Origin: an uncultured Gemmatimonadota bacterium
GTDB taxonomy: Bacteria; SM23-81; DAOVCL01
DNA: 55,484 bases
Reading direction: 5' to 3'
Assembly: GCA_964626665.1 (NCBI GenBank)
Contig: CAZVGK010000023.1
Coordinates: 1-55,484 of the forward strand
The notes beneath the pieces are model-generated. The model was not told the DNA's origin. It saw only the letters and a list, made by a program, of their open reading frames with translations, and made no database searches. Positions within the stretch are counted from its first letter, which is position 1, and each line of letters starts with the position of its first letter. A program made the translations under genes and the position numbers. This document shows positions 39,917 to 48,428 of this stretch, in pieces.

Positions 39917-41797
39917 TCAGTCCCAAAACTCCCAAGCAAGACCGCCATAGAAGGAGCGCGGGGGCATCGGGTAACCATCCCGCAGTTGGTAGCGGAGATC
40001 ACCCAGGTTCTCCCCCTTGAGGTAAAAGCTCACATCCAGAAAGTTAATGTTCAAGGTGGAATTTAAAAGGAAGAAAGGGGGAAGTTTACCCTTGCTTTCA
40101 TTGTATCTGTAGTCCACCCATTTCCCCTCTGTCCAGAGGTTAAAAGACAACTTCTTGTCAATTAAAGTCGGAGAGAAATTGAACCATAATCTGGCCGAAT
40201 TACGGGGCTGATAAGGAAGGGGGCCTCCTCCACTCAAATCCTCTGCCCACAATAGGTTATAGACCGCACCGACTTGAAGGGACATAGCGGGTAAAAGGCC
40301 AAGGCCTACCTCCCCACCCATAAACTCTGCTCGCGCCTTGTTGACCACAGAATAGATAAAAGTCTGCGCTTCCCACTCTATGAGGTCCCTCATCTTCCGG
40401 TAGAAAAGGTTTACCGACAAATAATTTCCTTTGCCGTTGTTTGTCTTGAACCCTATCTGTGAACTCCACCCCTTTTCCGGCCTCAGCTTTGGATTGCCAG
40501 AAATATATGGACCTTTCCAGAACAGATCGTTGGCCGTAGGTGCTCGATAAGAGCAGTTATAGGAGCCGAAGAGAAGGGAATTTTCATTTACCTGATAGGT
40601 AAGATTGCCCCCGGGAGAGAACTGATTGCCAAAGGCGGAGTGGTAATCCAAGCGCCCACTTCCCCTCAGGGTTATCCTATTAGAAAGACTCAAGTTATCC
40701 TCTACCCAAAAAGAGGACTTATTGACAATAGTCGTGCCTACATCAGTGCTCCAAAAATTTATTCTTTCCCCCCTTCCCCCAAAATCCAACCCTGACCAGG
40801 GCAATCTCCCCTGGAAGCTGAGGCCATATACCCTGTTCTGATGGGTAGAATATACAGGCCAAGTTGGATTTGGGTCCTTATACCTCTGCCAGGAGTCAGA
40901 AAGATAGAGCTGAATCCCCAAAGGATTCCCTTGACTTCCCCTTAAACCCAGGGTGAAATCGTCTCTTCTATCCTTCTGGCGAGCATTTGGCGTGGAGAAG
41001 GCTTGGGATCCCGGGACCCCCAACTTGCCCCCGTAGTTCAGTGAGGAAAAGGTGAGCTTCCAATCCCTTGACAACCTGTAATGCAAATCTCCTGTGACCA
41101 GGTTGGCCTGGTAATCGCTGTTGGGACGATAACCCCCATAGCTCCTCATCTCCCCGCTAACATAGATATCGCACCTCTTCCCTATCCCCCGTCCCAGCTC
41201 AAACTGGCTTCTCTTAAATCCATAGTCCCCCTGCCAAAAGCCAACCCGGGAATAAGGACGAGCATAGGAGAAGACCTTGGTTATTATGTTCACCACACCT
41301 CCTACAGCATCGGCTCCATAAAGGGAGGAAAGCCCTCCCCGGACCACTTCTACCCTCTGCACCGCGGCAAGGGGGATGAGATTCAAATCCAATCCCCCAT
41401 TTTGCGGGCTATTCAGAGGGCGCCCATCCATCAGAAAAAGAACTTGCCCCGCCGTGCTTCCACGGATGCTCAAGCTAACCAACTGGCCACTTCCTCCTAT
41501 GCGGCCTGGCTCTGCCCCTGGAGAAAGCCCCAGAACCTCCCCTAGGTCCTTTCCTCCCATTCTATCAATCTGTTCTGAGGTAATCAGGGTAAAGTTCGAT
41601 GATACCTGAGAGAGAGGTTGGGGGTAGCGGGTAGCAGTAACCACAATAGGTTCCAAAAAGTAGCTCACCTGGGAGGTGTCCGCAAAAGTTGTATCGGCTT
41701 CCACTAAGGTTTCTCCCCTACTCCCGGCAACAGTGAAAAAGTTAAAGGATAAAAGGGTGAGCAAAAAAGCTGAAATCCATCTCATTGTCATATTCAC
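39917..41797 (-). CDS. TonB-dependent receptor, BtuB-like
   Basis: IVVTATR TonB-box region, SIRG, RVEVVRG..SSLYGADAVGGVVNIITK plug, YRAPT..DL, GNPKLRPE; downstream of a B12 riboswitch. Confidence 0.88.
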   Translation of the reverse strand: MNMTMRWISAFLLTLLSFNFFTVAGSRGETLVEADTTFADTSQVSYFLEPIVVTATRYPQPLSQVSSNFTLITSEQIDRMGGKDLGEVLGLSPGAEPGRIGGSGQLVSLSIRGSTAGQVLFLMDGRPLNSPQNGGLDLNLIPLAAVQRVEVVRGGLSSLYGADAVGGVVNIITKVFSYARPYSRVGFWQGDYGFKRSQFELGRGIGKRCDIYVSGEMRSYGGYRPNSDYQANLVTGDLHYRLSRDWKLTFSSLNYGGKLGVPGSQAFSTPNARQKDRRDDFTLGLRGSQGNPLGIQLYLSDSWQRYKDPNPTWPVYSTHQNRVYGLSFQGRLPWSGLDFGGRGERINFWSTDVGTTIVNKSSFWVEDNLSLSNRITLRGSGRLDYHSAFGNQFSPGGNLTYQVNENSLLFGSYNCSYRAPTANDLFWKGPYISGNPKLRPEKGWSSQIGFKTNNGKGNYLSVNLFYRKMRDLIEWEAQTFIYSVVNKARAEFMGGEVGLGLLPAMSLQVGAVYNLLWAEDLSGGGPLPYQPRNSARLWFNFSPTLIDKKLSFNLWTEGKWVDYRYNESKGKLPPFFLLNSTLNINFLDVSFYLKGENLGDLRYQLRDGYPMPPRSFYGGLAWEFWD

Positions 41798-41943
41798 CTC
41801 CTTAAAATTTGCCCCATTTTCGCCAAGACTCCTAAACTGGTTTGTTAACCCACAATTTGGTAACGTAGGAATTCCCGATTTTTCCCCCGATTATTAGAGG
41901 GTTACAAAAGTGCATCTCAAAGTCATCAAATCCTGATCTTCCG

Positions 41944-42062
41944 GTAGTCGCAGACTTCAGTCTGCGTTCTGTCGCAACCTAAAGGTTGCGGCTACCATCT
42001 AGATTCCATTGAAAGAGGAAATCATTCTAAACCTCCCGCAGGTTCCAAACCTACGGGAGGTT
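41944..42062. repeat. REP-like palindromes
   Basis: GTAGTCGCAGACTTCAGTCTGCG..GCAACCTAAAGGTTGCGGCTACC and AACCTCCCG..CGGGAGGTT. Confidence 0.7.
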
Positions 42063-42253
42063 ACAGTGAGGCACATAGCTCTGGTAAAGCAAGAGCCCTG
42101 AGGGAGCAGAAAAAATCCTAATCATCTGCATCCCATGGAGTCCGCCCGCGAGGCCTAAGTTCAGGAAGAATTCTCTTGAAATTGGGGAAACTCTCAGGTA
42201 TAGCCTAAATTTGTTCCAAGTTGACAGAGAGCATCTATACTTTAAAACCTTTG

Positions 42254-42772
42254 TTAAATCAACCTCCTAAAAAAGGTCCCGCCAACTATGGCAAAGATAA
42301 ATGTATTGGACACAATGTGAATTAAGGAAAAGGCTATACCACCAATGACCACCGCATACCACCTTTCCCAAAGCCCAAAGGCCAGAGCAACGGCAAGGTT
42401 GGTCAGGAAATCATAAAAAAGGGTTAGAAAGAAACCTCCCACAGCCAGAAAGGTTCCCCTAACCCAGGCCGATTTAATCCCCTTCATCCTGCTCCCTATT
42501 ATCCCCCCGGAGAACCCAATATACCCCATACCTATAACCTGAGCTATGGCTACCGGGATCACTGCTGGTCCCAAGGGGTTAAAAAAGGCGAAAAGGGTCA
42601 TAGCCACCATTCCTATTATTACACCCTTCCCTTTACCTAAAAGGCAACCGGAGATGAATATGGTCAGGGTAATGAGTTCTACATTGGGGATATGGGCCAA
42701 GGCAAAACCCAGGGCCAAGGATAGGGCAATAAAAAAACCCATCTTAACGAGGTCCTTAGTAGTGATTATCAT
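42254..42772 (-). CDS. ECF transporter S component (CbrT-like)
   Basis: About six TM helices, IPNVELIT loop, HIVSN C-terminal motif. Confidence 0.8.
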   Translation of the reverse strand: MIITTKDLVKMGFFIALSLALGFALAHIPNVELITLTIFISGCLLGKGKGVIIGMVAMTLFAFFNPLGPAVIPVAIAQVIGMGYIGFSGGIIGSRMKGIKSAWVRGTFLAVGGFFLTLFYDFLTNLAVALAFGLWERWYAVVIGGIAFSLIHIVSNTFIFAIVGGTFFRRLI

Positions 42773-42900
42773 TACTTATGCATAAGTGCAGGGCGAATAC
42801 ACGAACCTACACGAATAGATTAGGTAACTCTTTGATTTTTACCGCTTCCCTCAATTTCTTCTTATACTCTGCGCGATGAGGACACAGAAACTATTTGGAT

Positions 42901-43896
42901 TCAGCCAATATCACCGATCCTCATATTTTCTACAAGCCTATGATACTTCCCTCCAAGCAATCCCTCTCCAATAATATAACCCCCACAAGCAGCCTCTTTG
43001 GCGATCCTTGATAATTTCTTCACTTTTACCACAGAGGCATATTTATTTAATCTATGCCCAAGTTCCTCTTTAATAAAATTGTGAGCTATTAGTCTGCCAG
43101 ATAAAATGATTTCTCTGGGATTCTGAATAGAAACAAGTATTGAGGCAACATCTTTTTCAATGCTTTCTCCTAAAAGTAGAATAGCTTTTTTAAATTTTAT
43201 TAAATCTTTTGGTTCAATATCTTCCCCTACAAAATCTTTTAATCCCCCACGAAAAACAATCTCTTGGGTTAATGGGGGTTTCAACCTAATGGCGATTTCA
43301 GCGTCCATTCCCCCACCCCCAAAAAATCCCAAGCTCCCATTTGTTCCACCGATTCCATCAATAATCTTCCCATTCTCCACAGCTATTACAGCCGTGAACC
43401 CATATCCCACTTCCACATAGATGAAGGATGTCTCATTAAAGGGGATGTTTAATCGCTCTGATTGATCCTTTATGCCTAAGGCGACACAACATACTTTGTC
43501 TGCTGTTCCCATATCGAATTTATTCCATTTCCTGTAAGGGGGAACGGTCTGGAGGTGGATGACACCTGGGGTAAAGCAAACAGGCATTTTCATCTCTTTC
43601 ATTTCTAAGAGTACTTCTTTAATCCCTTCATTCACAGCTACTTGTGTATCCAAGGGGATCATCTTTCCAATGTCATCTTCTGTTATATCCTTTATTTTCT
43701 TTAGGGGTATTCCATATCCTGAAGGACCAATAATAATGCTTAGTGGCATTAACTCATCGAGTATCTCAATGAGTGTAAGGGGGGTTTTGAAAACCTGGGC
43801 TGATTTTATTGATTCATCCACTATTGTTCTTTGGTTATTTTCCATTCCAAAGAGGTCAAAACTGTATGTCCCGGGGTCTATTCCGACAACTCTCAT
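42901..43896 (-). CDS. DUF1464-family ASKHA (acetate/butyrate kinase-like) protein
   Basis: VGIDPGTYSFD, GPSGYG, PGVIHL, DMGTADK and GKIIDGIGGT motifs. Confidence 0.8.
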   Translation of the reverse strand: MRVVGIDPGTYSFDLFGMENNQRTIVDESIKSAQVFKTPLTLIEILDELMPLSIIIGPSGYGIPLKKIKDITEDDIGKMIPLDTQVAVNEGIKEVLLEMKEMKMPVCFTPGVIHLQTVPPYRKWNKFDMGTADKVCCVALGIKDQSERLNIPFNETSFIYVEVGYGFTAVIAVENGKIIDGIGGTNGSLGFFGGGGMDAEIAIRLKPPLTQEIVFRGGLKDFVGEDIEPKDLIKFKKAILLLGESIEKDVASILVSIQNPREIILSGRLIAHNFIKEELGHRLNKYASVVKVKKLSRIAKEAACGGYIIGEGLLGGKYHRLVENMRIGDIG

Positions 43897-44903
43897 ATTT
43901 TATTCTCATTTAGTGGACAGGAAGGATCTGATTCTGTCCAACTTTTGGTCAAACCGAATGCTCTTGATCTACAACCTCCACACTCGTATAGATACTTGCA
44001 TTCACTACAGGGATGTTCTCTCGTTGAGTAATCCTTTATCTCTTTTATCATTTTCGAATTTTGCATATCATTCCATATTTCATTAAGACTTTTCTCATTT
44101 ATATTACCCATTACAATAGGGGCAAATGTGCAGGGCCTTACATCACCGTTTGTTTCAATAAACATATAGTCACCGAAGATACAACCAGAAAGATCTGGAA
44201 CTATGATACCATTTTCAGCATTTACTGCATAATCGATATTATGTTCTTGCAAAAATGGTTTAAAGAAGGGTTCATCAACCCATACATCCATACTATAATC
44301 CTTCTGATGTTTAATAATGGAAAAGAAAATATTCTCATATTCTTTTGCATCCAAAACATATTTTTCAAAATCCTCGCAGGGTTTCAACCCCAGAAATATA
44401 ATTTTTTTATATCCTATCTGTTTTGCAAATTTAAATAGTTTACCAATTTGATGATAGTTGTGTTTCCCTATGGTTACGGGACAGGAATCAAGAACGCCAT
44501 AATCGGCTGCAATTGCTACAGATTCCTTCAACTTCTCAAAGCTTGCTCCTTTTCTTATTTTTTCATAACTCTCCTTATCAGCCCCATCTATGCTTATCAT
44601 AAGTTTCACATCTAACTCTGCAAGTCTTTCGGCTATATTTTTATCAAGCAACATACCGTTGCTGATAAGATAAACCTTGATTTTAGCATCGTGAATAATC
44701 TCGATGATTTCGAATAATTCCCCGCGCAAAAGCGGCTCCCCACCTTCGATGATAACCCACCTCGGTTTAAGCGAGGGTATCTCCTTAGTTACCCTCAAAA
44801 TAGCTTTATGGTCGAGTTCTTCTTCGGCCATCCCTCTACAATGCAAACAATTAAGATTACATTTATTCGTAATTGCCCAATCAACCATATATGGGCTGTT
44901 CAT
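43893..44903 (-). CDS. Radical SAM/SPASM protein (NirJ/Ahb/PqqE-like)
   Basis: CNLNCLHC, GGEPLL, SIDG and SPASM cysteines (GC...GDVRPC...CSEC..CGGCRSRA..DPSC). Confidence 0.9.
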   Translation of the reverse strand: MNSPYMVDWAITNKCNLNCLHCRGMAEEELDHKAILRVTKEIPSLKPRWVIIEGGEPLLRGELFEIIEIIHDAKIKVYLISNGMLLDKNIAERLAELDVKLMISIDGADKESYEKIRKGASFEKLKESVAIAADYGVLDSCPVTIGKHNYHQIGKLFKFAKQIGYKKIIFLGLKPCEDFEKYVLDAKEYENIFFSIIKHQKDYSMDVWVDEPFFKPFLQEHNIDYAVNAENGIIVPDLSGCIFGDYMFIETNGDVRPCTFAPIVMGNINEKSLNEIWNDMQNSKMIKEIKDYSTREHPCSECKYLYECGGCRSRAFGLTKSWTESDPSCPLNENKI

Positions 44904-44991
44904 ACTCTACCTCATATTGTATTGTATTTAGAATTTGGCGTCGCTAAATACAAAGTGGCAAGGCATACAATTTTGCCGTAGTAATAAATGC

Positions 44992-45024
44992 AAAAAAGCC
45001 CAACTCCCGGTAAAGGAATTGGGC
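44992..45024 (-). terminator. Intrinsic terminator (riboswitch expression platform)
   Basis: GCCCAATTCC-tttaccg-GGAGTTGGGC followed by TTTTTT. Confidence 0.8.
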
Positions 45025-45068
45025 TCACTGAACGCTCGCATCCCCCCTCGAGGATAGATGCAATAATA

Positions 45069-45341
45069 GATCTCAGGCAGGTCTCCTGGCTTACAGCGAA
45101 ATAACTCGCTCAGGCTTTCCCATTCCCCAGTTGTAATAATTCACCACTGAGAACCACGGAGTAGCACAGAAGAAGATTTGAAATAGGCAAGTCTGTGTAA
45201 TTCCGTGAGATTCCGTGGTGGATATTACCCCTATTTTTCTGGAACAGTGACCTAAGGCAGGTGAAAGCTGCTTACAGTGGCGGGGCCACGGTGGATTTTC
45301 ACCACCTTCCCTATTCTCCCCAATGGGGCACCTGGGTCCCT
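45069..45341 (-). ncRNA. Cobalamin riboswitch (class I/AdoCbl-type, with insertion)
   Basis: Minus strand: AGGTGCCCC..GGGG, AATAGGGAA-GGTGG-TGAAAAT-CCACC, GCCCCGCCACTGTAA, CACTG...GGGAAAG, and AGCCAGGAGACCTGCC B12 box. Confidence 0.92.
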
Positions 45342-45361
45342 ATTTTTTAAAGAACACTCCT

Positions 45362-45389
45362 AAGATAGCAGATTAAAATCGCCTGTCAA
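45362..45389 (-). promoter_or_regulatory. Promoter of the riboswitch leader
   Basis: TTGACA-16 nt-TATCTT with TGn extension, about 20 nt before the aptamer. Confidence 0.6.
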
Positions 45390-45480
45390 GCAGAATCTGT
45401 CTTGATTATACCACATCTTTTCGAAGAAGCTCCGGACAATTTGGTTCGCAACATCGCTGTCCATATATCGCCTTCTGCCA

Positions 45481-45555
45481 AGCTAACGTCGCGCTTAAGC
45501 GGCTGGCAAACGAGCGCAGCGAGTTTGACAGTCCGTCTTCAAGCGCTTGTTCGCT
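45481..45555 (-). mobile_element. Integron attC site (end of TA cassette)
   Basis: Minus: AGCGAAC..GCGCTTGA...TTAAGCGC..GTTAGCT imperfect palindrome overlapping the gene stop. Confidence 0.88.
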
Positions 45556-45763
45556 ATCTTATATTCAATTTCCTTTTGGCCTCTTGAAGGCTAACAGTTG
45601 GAGCATCATCTTCCAATGATTTGGCCTTTCGAAGAATACGAAGGTCTTCGTAATTTTCAAGTTCTTCCTGAATCTTTACAAATACTTCATAGGGAAGAAC
45701 TACAAATTCTTTCTTTCCATTTTTTTCAAGTACTTGATGATTTAAATCTATCATTTCAATCAT
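45554..45763 (-). CDS. Phd/YefM-like antitoxin (cassette)
   Basis: GKKEFVVLPYEVF...ENYEDLRILRKAK; likely start 45754. Confidence 0.8.
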   Translation of the reverse strand: MIEMIDLNHQVLEKNGKKEFVVLPYEVFVKIQEELENYEDLRILRKAKSLEDDAPTVSLQEAKRKLNIR

Positions 45764-45769
45764 CCTCCT

Positions 45770-46018
45770 TTATCTATATGCATCCTTACGATGACGAATT
45801 CGGTAAATGACTATTTTACTTTCTTCAATCTCAAAAAGAACTCTATAATCGCCTACTCGCAATCGATACTCTGGAGAATAATTTGTTAATTGCTTGACAT
45901 CCCCTTTAAGATCATTCGCCATTTCCTCAATGTTGTTGAAAATACGCTTAAGCTCTGATTTCGGTATCTTCTTGCAATCTTTCAATTATTTTGGCTTAAA
46001 TTGAATCTCATATTTCAT
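45770..46018 (-). pseudogene. RelE/ParE toxin with in-frame TAA at codon 11
   Basis: MKYEIQFKPK*LKDCKKI...YRLRVGDYRVLF...IRHRKDAY; stop at 45986-45988. Confidence 0.8.
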
Positions 46019-46051
46019 AACCCTGCCATGAATTTATATCTGTAATTTTAT

Positions 46052-46122
46052 AGCGAACGCTTGAGCTCACTGGTTTTTACTCCGCTCCGCTCCGTAAAAA
46101 CCAGTGCAGCGATTTGTTAGCC
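46052..46122 (-). mobile_element. Integron attC site (end of CBASS cassette)
   Basis: Minus: GGCTAAC..GCTGCACTGGTTTTTAC...GTAAAAACCAGTGAGC..GTTCGCT; stop TAA lies inside R''. Confidence 0.9.
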
Positions 46123-46698
46123 TTTCTTTAATTCTTTTGGCAAGAACGCATCAATTTCCTCATCGGAAAAGGTCATGTCCTCAAGCTTTTTAAGGGCTTC
46201 CTGTGCTTTCTTGTACGCTTGATATGTCGTAGTCGGAGCTCCAGAATAAACCGAATGCAGTTCGTTAAGCAGATCGTCACGTTCTTGTAGCAACGTCTTG
46301 ATAGGCTTCTCCCCCATTCGAAGATCAGTTATGAGTGAAAGATATTTCTCCCGAATCACCCACAGATCAGCACCAGCTTGTTTGTGTTTCTGTGAGAGTT
46401 CTCCGAGGTCATAGTTCTTTGTGTACGCATTCAAGACGAGCAGAGCCGTAGATACGAGAATGCCGACCAATACTCCAATCTTTCCAGCGCCAAATACGGC
46501 GGCAATGAATCCCCCAGTTGTTATGGCAGAAAGAATGATTTGCCACAGCTTGATCTTAGAAAGCCGAGAAAGAAGAATATCAGCACACTTCTCGTGTGTT
46601 TTGTGGGAGTAAACAACACGTCCAAAGCACTCGCGTAGCTGGCCTTCGAGAATTGCTCGAGAATCAGGTGCATTATCAGTTTGGGAATGAGGTTCCAA
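46117..46698 (-). CDS. SLATT-domain 2TM effector (CBASS)
   Basis: LRECFGRVVYSHKTHEKCAD, two TM helices, IREKYLSLITD, FSDEEIDAFLP; TTG start at 46698 with GGAGG RBS overlapping the CD-NTase end (ORF track start 47001 is too long). Confidence 0.85.
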   Translation of the reverse strand: MEPHSQTDNAPDSRAILEGQLRECFGRVVYSHKTHEKCADILLSRLSKIKLWQIILSAITTGGFIAAVFGAGKIGVLVGILVSTALLVLNAYTKNYDLGELSQKHKQAGADLWVIREKYLSLITDLRMGEKPIKTLLQERDDLLNELHSVYSGAPTTTYQAYKKAQEALKKLEDMTFSDEEIDAFLPKELKKG

Positions 46699-47557
46699 AG
46701 ATCTCCCTCCATTTCTTCTTGGCCGACCACTCCTGCTTGGGCTCAGCCGTTTCGCACTGAATAGCTTCAAGTGAGATGTTGTAGCACCTTGTGGCTTTCC
46801 ATTGGAACAAGCCCTTTCCATACACATACTGGCCGCTTCCGGGGGCTTTCCAGTACTCTTGCTCTTTATCTTGGTCGGCCATAAATCGAAAGAAGTCACG
46901 GCACATGTAGTCATAGTATAAGTATGATTTGTCTTTGTATTGCCATCCATCGATGAACTGGTATGCAAGTGTATCAACCAAGAGGCCACCAATGGGAACA
47001 TCCCATTTTCTCTTCCAGGCTCGCATCATTCGGCAGAGAGGAATGAGATTACCGTTGCAGGCATTGTTTCTACTCCGGATGGCTTCAATTTCAGGCCTGG
47101 GATTTGTCGTTTTCCAAGAACCTCCTCCGTTGGAGTCTGGGAAGGTGTAGCTACCTGCCTTGTTGGTAAAGACAGGTACGACCTCAAATGTAATTCCGTC
47201 TTGATAGGCAATGACAACAACCTGTCCATCGCCGCCAATGCTTGATGATGAGTATGTCTTTTGTATCGAGTTCCGAACAGCCTGTAGCAAAGCTGATTGG
47301 CCGTTTCCTGTGTAATTATCATATTGATAGTAGAGATCTGAAGGCAACTCAAACACCATGTCAAGATCGCTGAAACCCTGAATGGCAGTATTACGTCCGT
47401 AAGACCCGACGTAGAGACTATGTGAGGTCTCAGATGTTGTGTTCCAGAAATCGGTATTGAGCCGTCTAGTGATCGTCTTATACCGGGACGATATTGTTCC
47501 TCCATCCTGTACCTGAATGTTGGAGCAAAAGGCGCTGAACCATTCTGCTAATCCCAT
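46676..47557 (-). CDS. SMODS / CD-NTase cyclic oligonucleotide synthase (CBASS)
   Basis: VGSYGRNTAI..SDLDM polymerase-beta motif, GQVVV, FEVVP, WKTTNP, CRMMRAWK, WREIFG. Confidence 0.88.
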   Translation of the reverse strand: MGLAEWFSAFCSNIQVQDGGTISSRYKTITRRLNTDFWNTTSETSHSLYVGSYGRNTAIQGFSDLDMVFELPSDLYYQYDNYTGNGQSALLQAVRNSIQKTYSSSSIGGDGQVVVIAYQDGITFEVVPVFTNKAGSYTFPDSNGGGSWKTTNPRPEIEAIRSRNNACNGNLIPLCRMMRAWKRKWDVPIGGLLVDTLAYQFIDGWQYKDKSYLYYDYMCRDFFRFMADQDKEQEYWKAPGSGQYVYGKGLFQWKATRCYNISLEAIQCETAEPKQEWSAKKKWREIFGTSFPN

Positions 47558-47570
47558 TTTATCTCTCCAA

Positions 47571-47666
47571 GGCTAACGTCAGCATCAGCTGCGGCGCGCG
47601 CTAGTTGGCCGCCCTGTTAACATAAACACATCAAATGCACGCCGTCAGCTGAATGCAGAGTTAGAC
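47571..47666 (-). mobile_element. Integron attC site (end of first cassette)
   Basis: Minus: GTCTAAC..GCATTCAGCTG.CGGCG...CGCCGCAGCTGATGC..GTTAGCC. Confidence 0.88.
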
Positions 47667-47675
47667 AGCTCTAAC

Positions 47676-48092
47676 CTACTGTACCTCATTAAATATACTT
47701 ATGGTATGAAGTACTAATATGGCAATCCAAGTTAGGAGAAACGAATTAGGAAGTAGCTTAGCAATTATATTTGTTGGACGTCTCCACCCTGGTTTGAACA
47801 TAGCACTTTGAACGATGTTTTCAATGTAATTATTGCGATATTTATTACGATATTCTATAGTCAGGTACTTGATAACTTTCCAATTTTGCCAGGAACATAT
47901 AATCCAGCAAATCGTAATTATTGTTCCAAGAATAGACACAATTAAACGGATTATAAAATCACTAGAAATACCAACAGCTGTTAAAAGCAAACCGTTCGTT
48001 ATCAGAAATACAGTTGTGCGGGTATTGAGCAAATCATCCTCACGCATGATTCGATGCCGAAACTCATTTGCGGTTGGAAGGTCATCATTCAT
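47676..48092 (-). CDS. Small multi-TM cassette protein (possibly RipA/Rip1-like)
   Basis: REDDLLNTRTTVFLITNGLL followed by TM helices and a C-terminal TM; ATG at 48092 with GGGAG RBS. Confidence 0.65.
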   Translation of the reverse strand: MNDDLPTANEFRHRIMREDDLLNTRTTVFLITNGLLLTAVGISSDFIIRLIVSILGTIITICWIICSWQNWKVIKYLTIEYRNKYRNNYIENIVQSAMFKPGWRRPTNIIAKLLPNSFLLTWIAILVLHTISIFNEVQ

Positions 48093-48111
48093 ATATTGTT
48101 CTCCCAAATCT

Positions 48112-48146
48112 GTCTAACTATTGTTTATATGGTTTCCAGATAAGAC
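48112..48146 (-). mobile_element. attI-like site
   Basis: Minus: GGAAACCATATAAACAATA-GTTAGAC; core complementary to R'' of the first attC; no attC palindrome upstream. Confidence 0.65.
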
Positions 48147-48294
48147 CGCTTTCCGGTTTTCCTTCCGTATAAGACGCCACAAGGAAATTCCGCCAAGCTG
48201 TTCCGTTTCAGAGCCTTGTGACCATACCGGAGTCGCTCCAGCGTTTTATATGGTTTCCGCATAATACCTCCCTCCTTTCAGGTTCACAATGACT

Positions 48295-48391
48295 GGCAAC
48301 TTCTGTCCCGCACATTCCTAACTTTTTACGGAAATGAGAGACTCTGGTACCCAATTGTCAAGCACTTTCTGCACCACCGTCCCTTATATAC
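48295..48391. repeat. Direct repeat copy 1 (copy 2 at 49753-49851)
   Basis: TTTTTACGGAAATGAGAGACT...CAATTGT.AAGCACTTTCTGCACCACCGTCCCTTATATAC present in both copies. Confidence 0.8.
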
Positions 48392-48428
48392 CTGCTAATT
48401 GTCCTTTCGTCCAAAATTTTTCTAAAAT

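Noticed and set aside
44928-44966. 12-codon ORF (MPCHFVFSDAKF) as a RiPP precursor for the SPASM enzyme
   Set aside because: Very short, no RBS, and no RRE/PqqD domain, peptidase or exporter nearby
46699-47001. N-terminal extension of the SLATT ORF to 294 aa
   Set aside because: It overlaps the CD-NTase in another frame; a TTG with GGAGG RBS at 46698 gives a domain-sized protein
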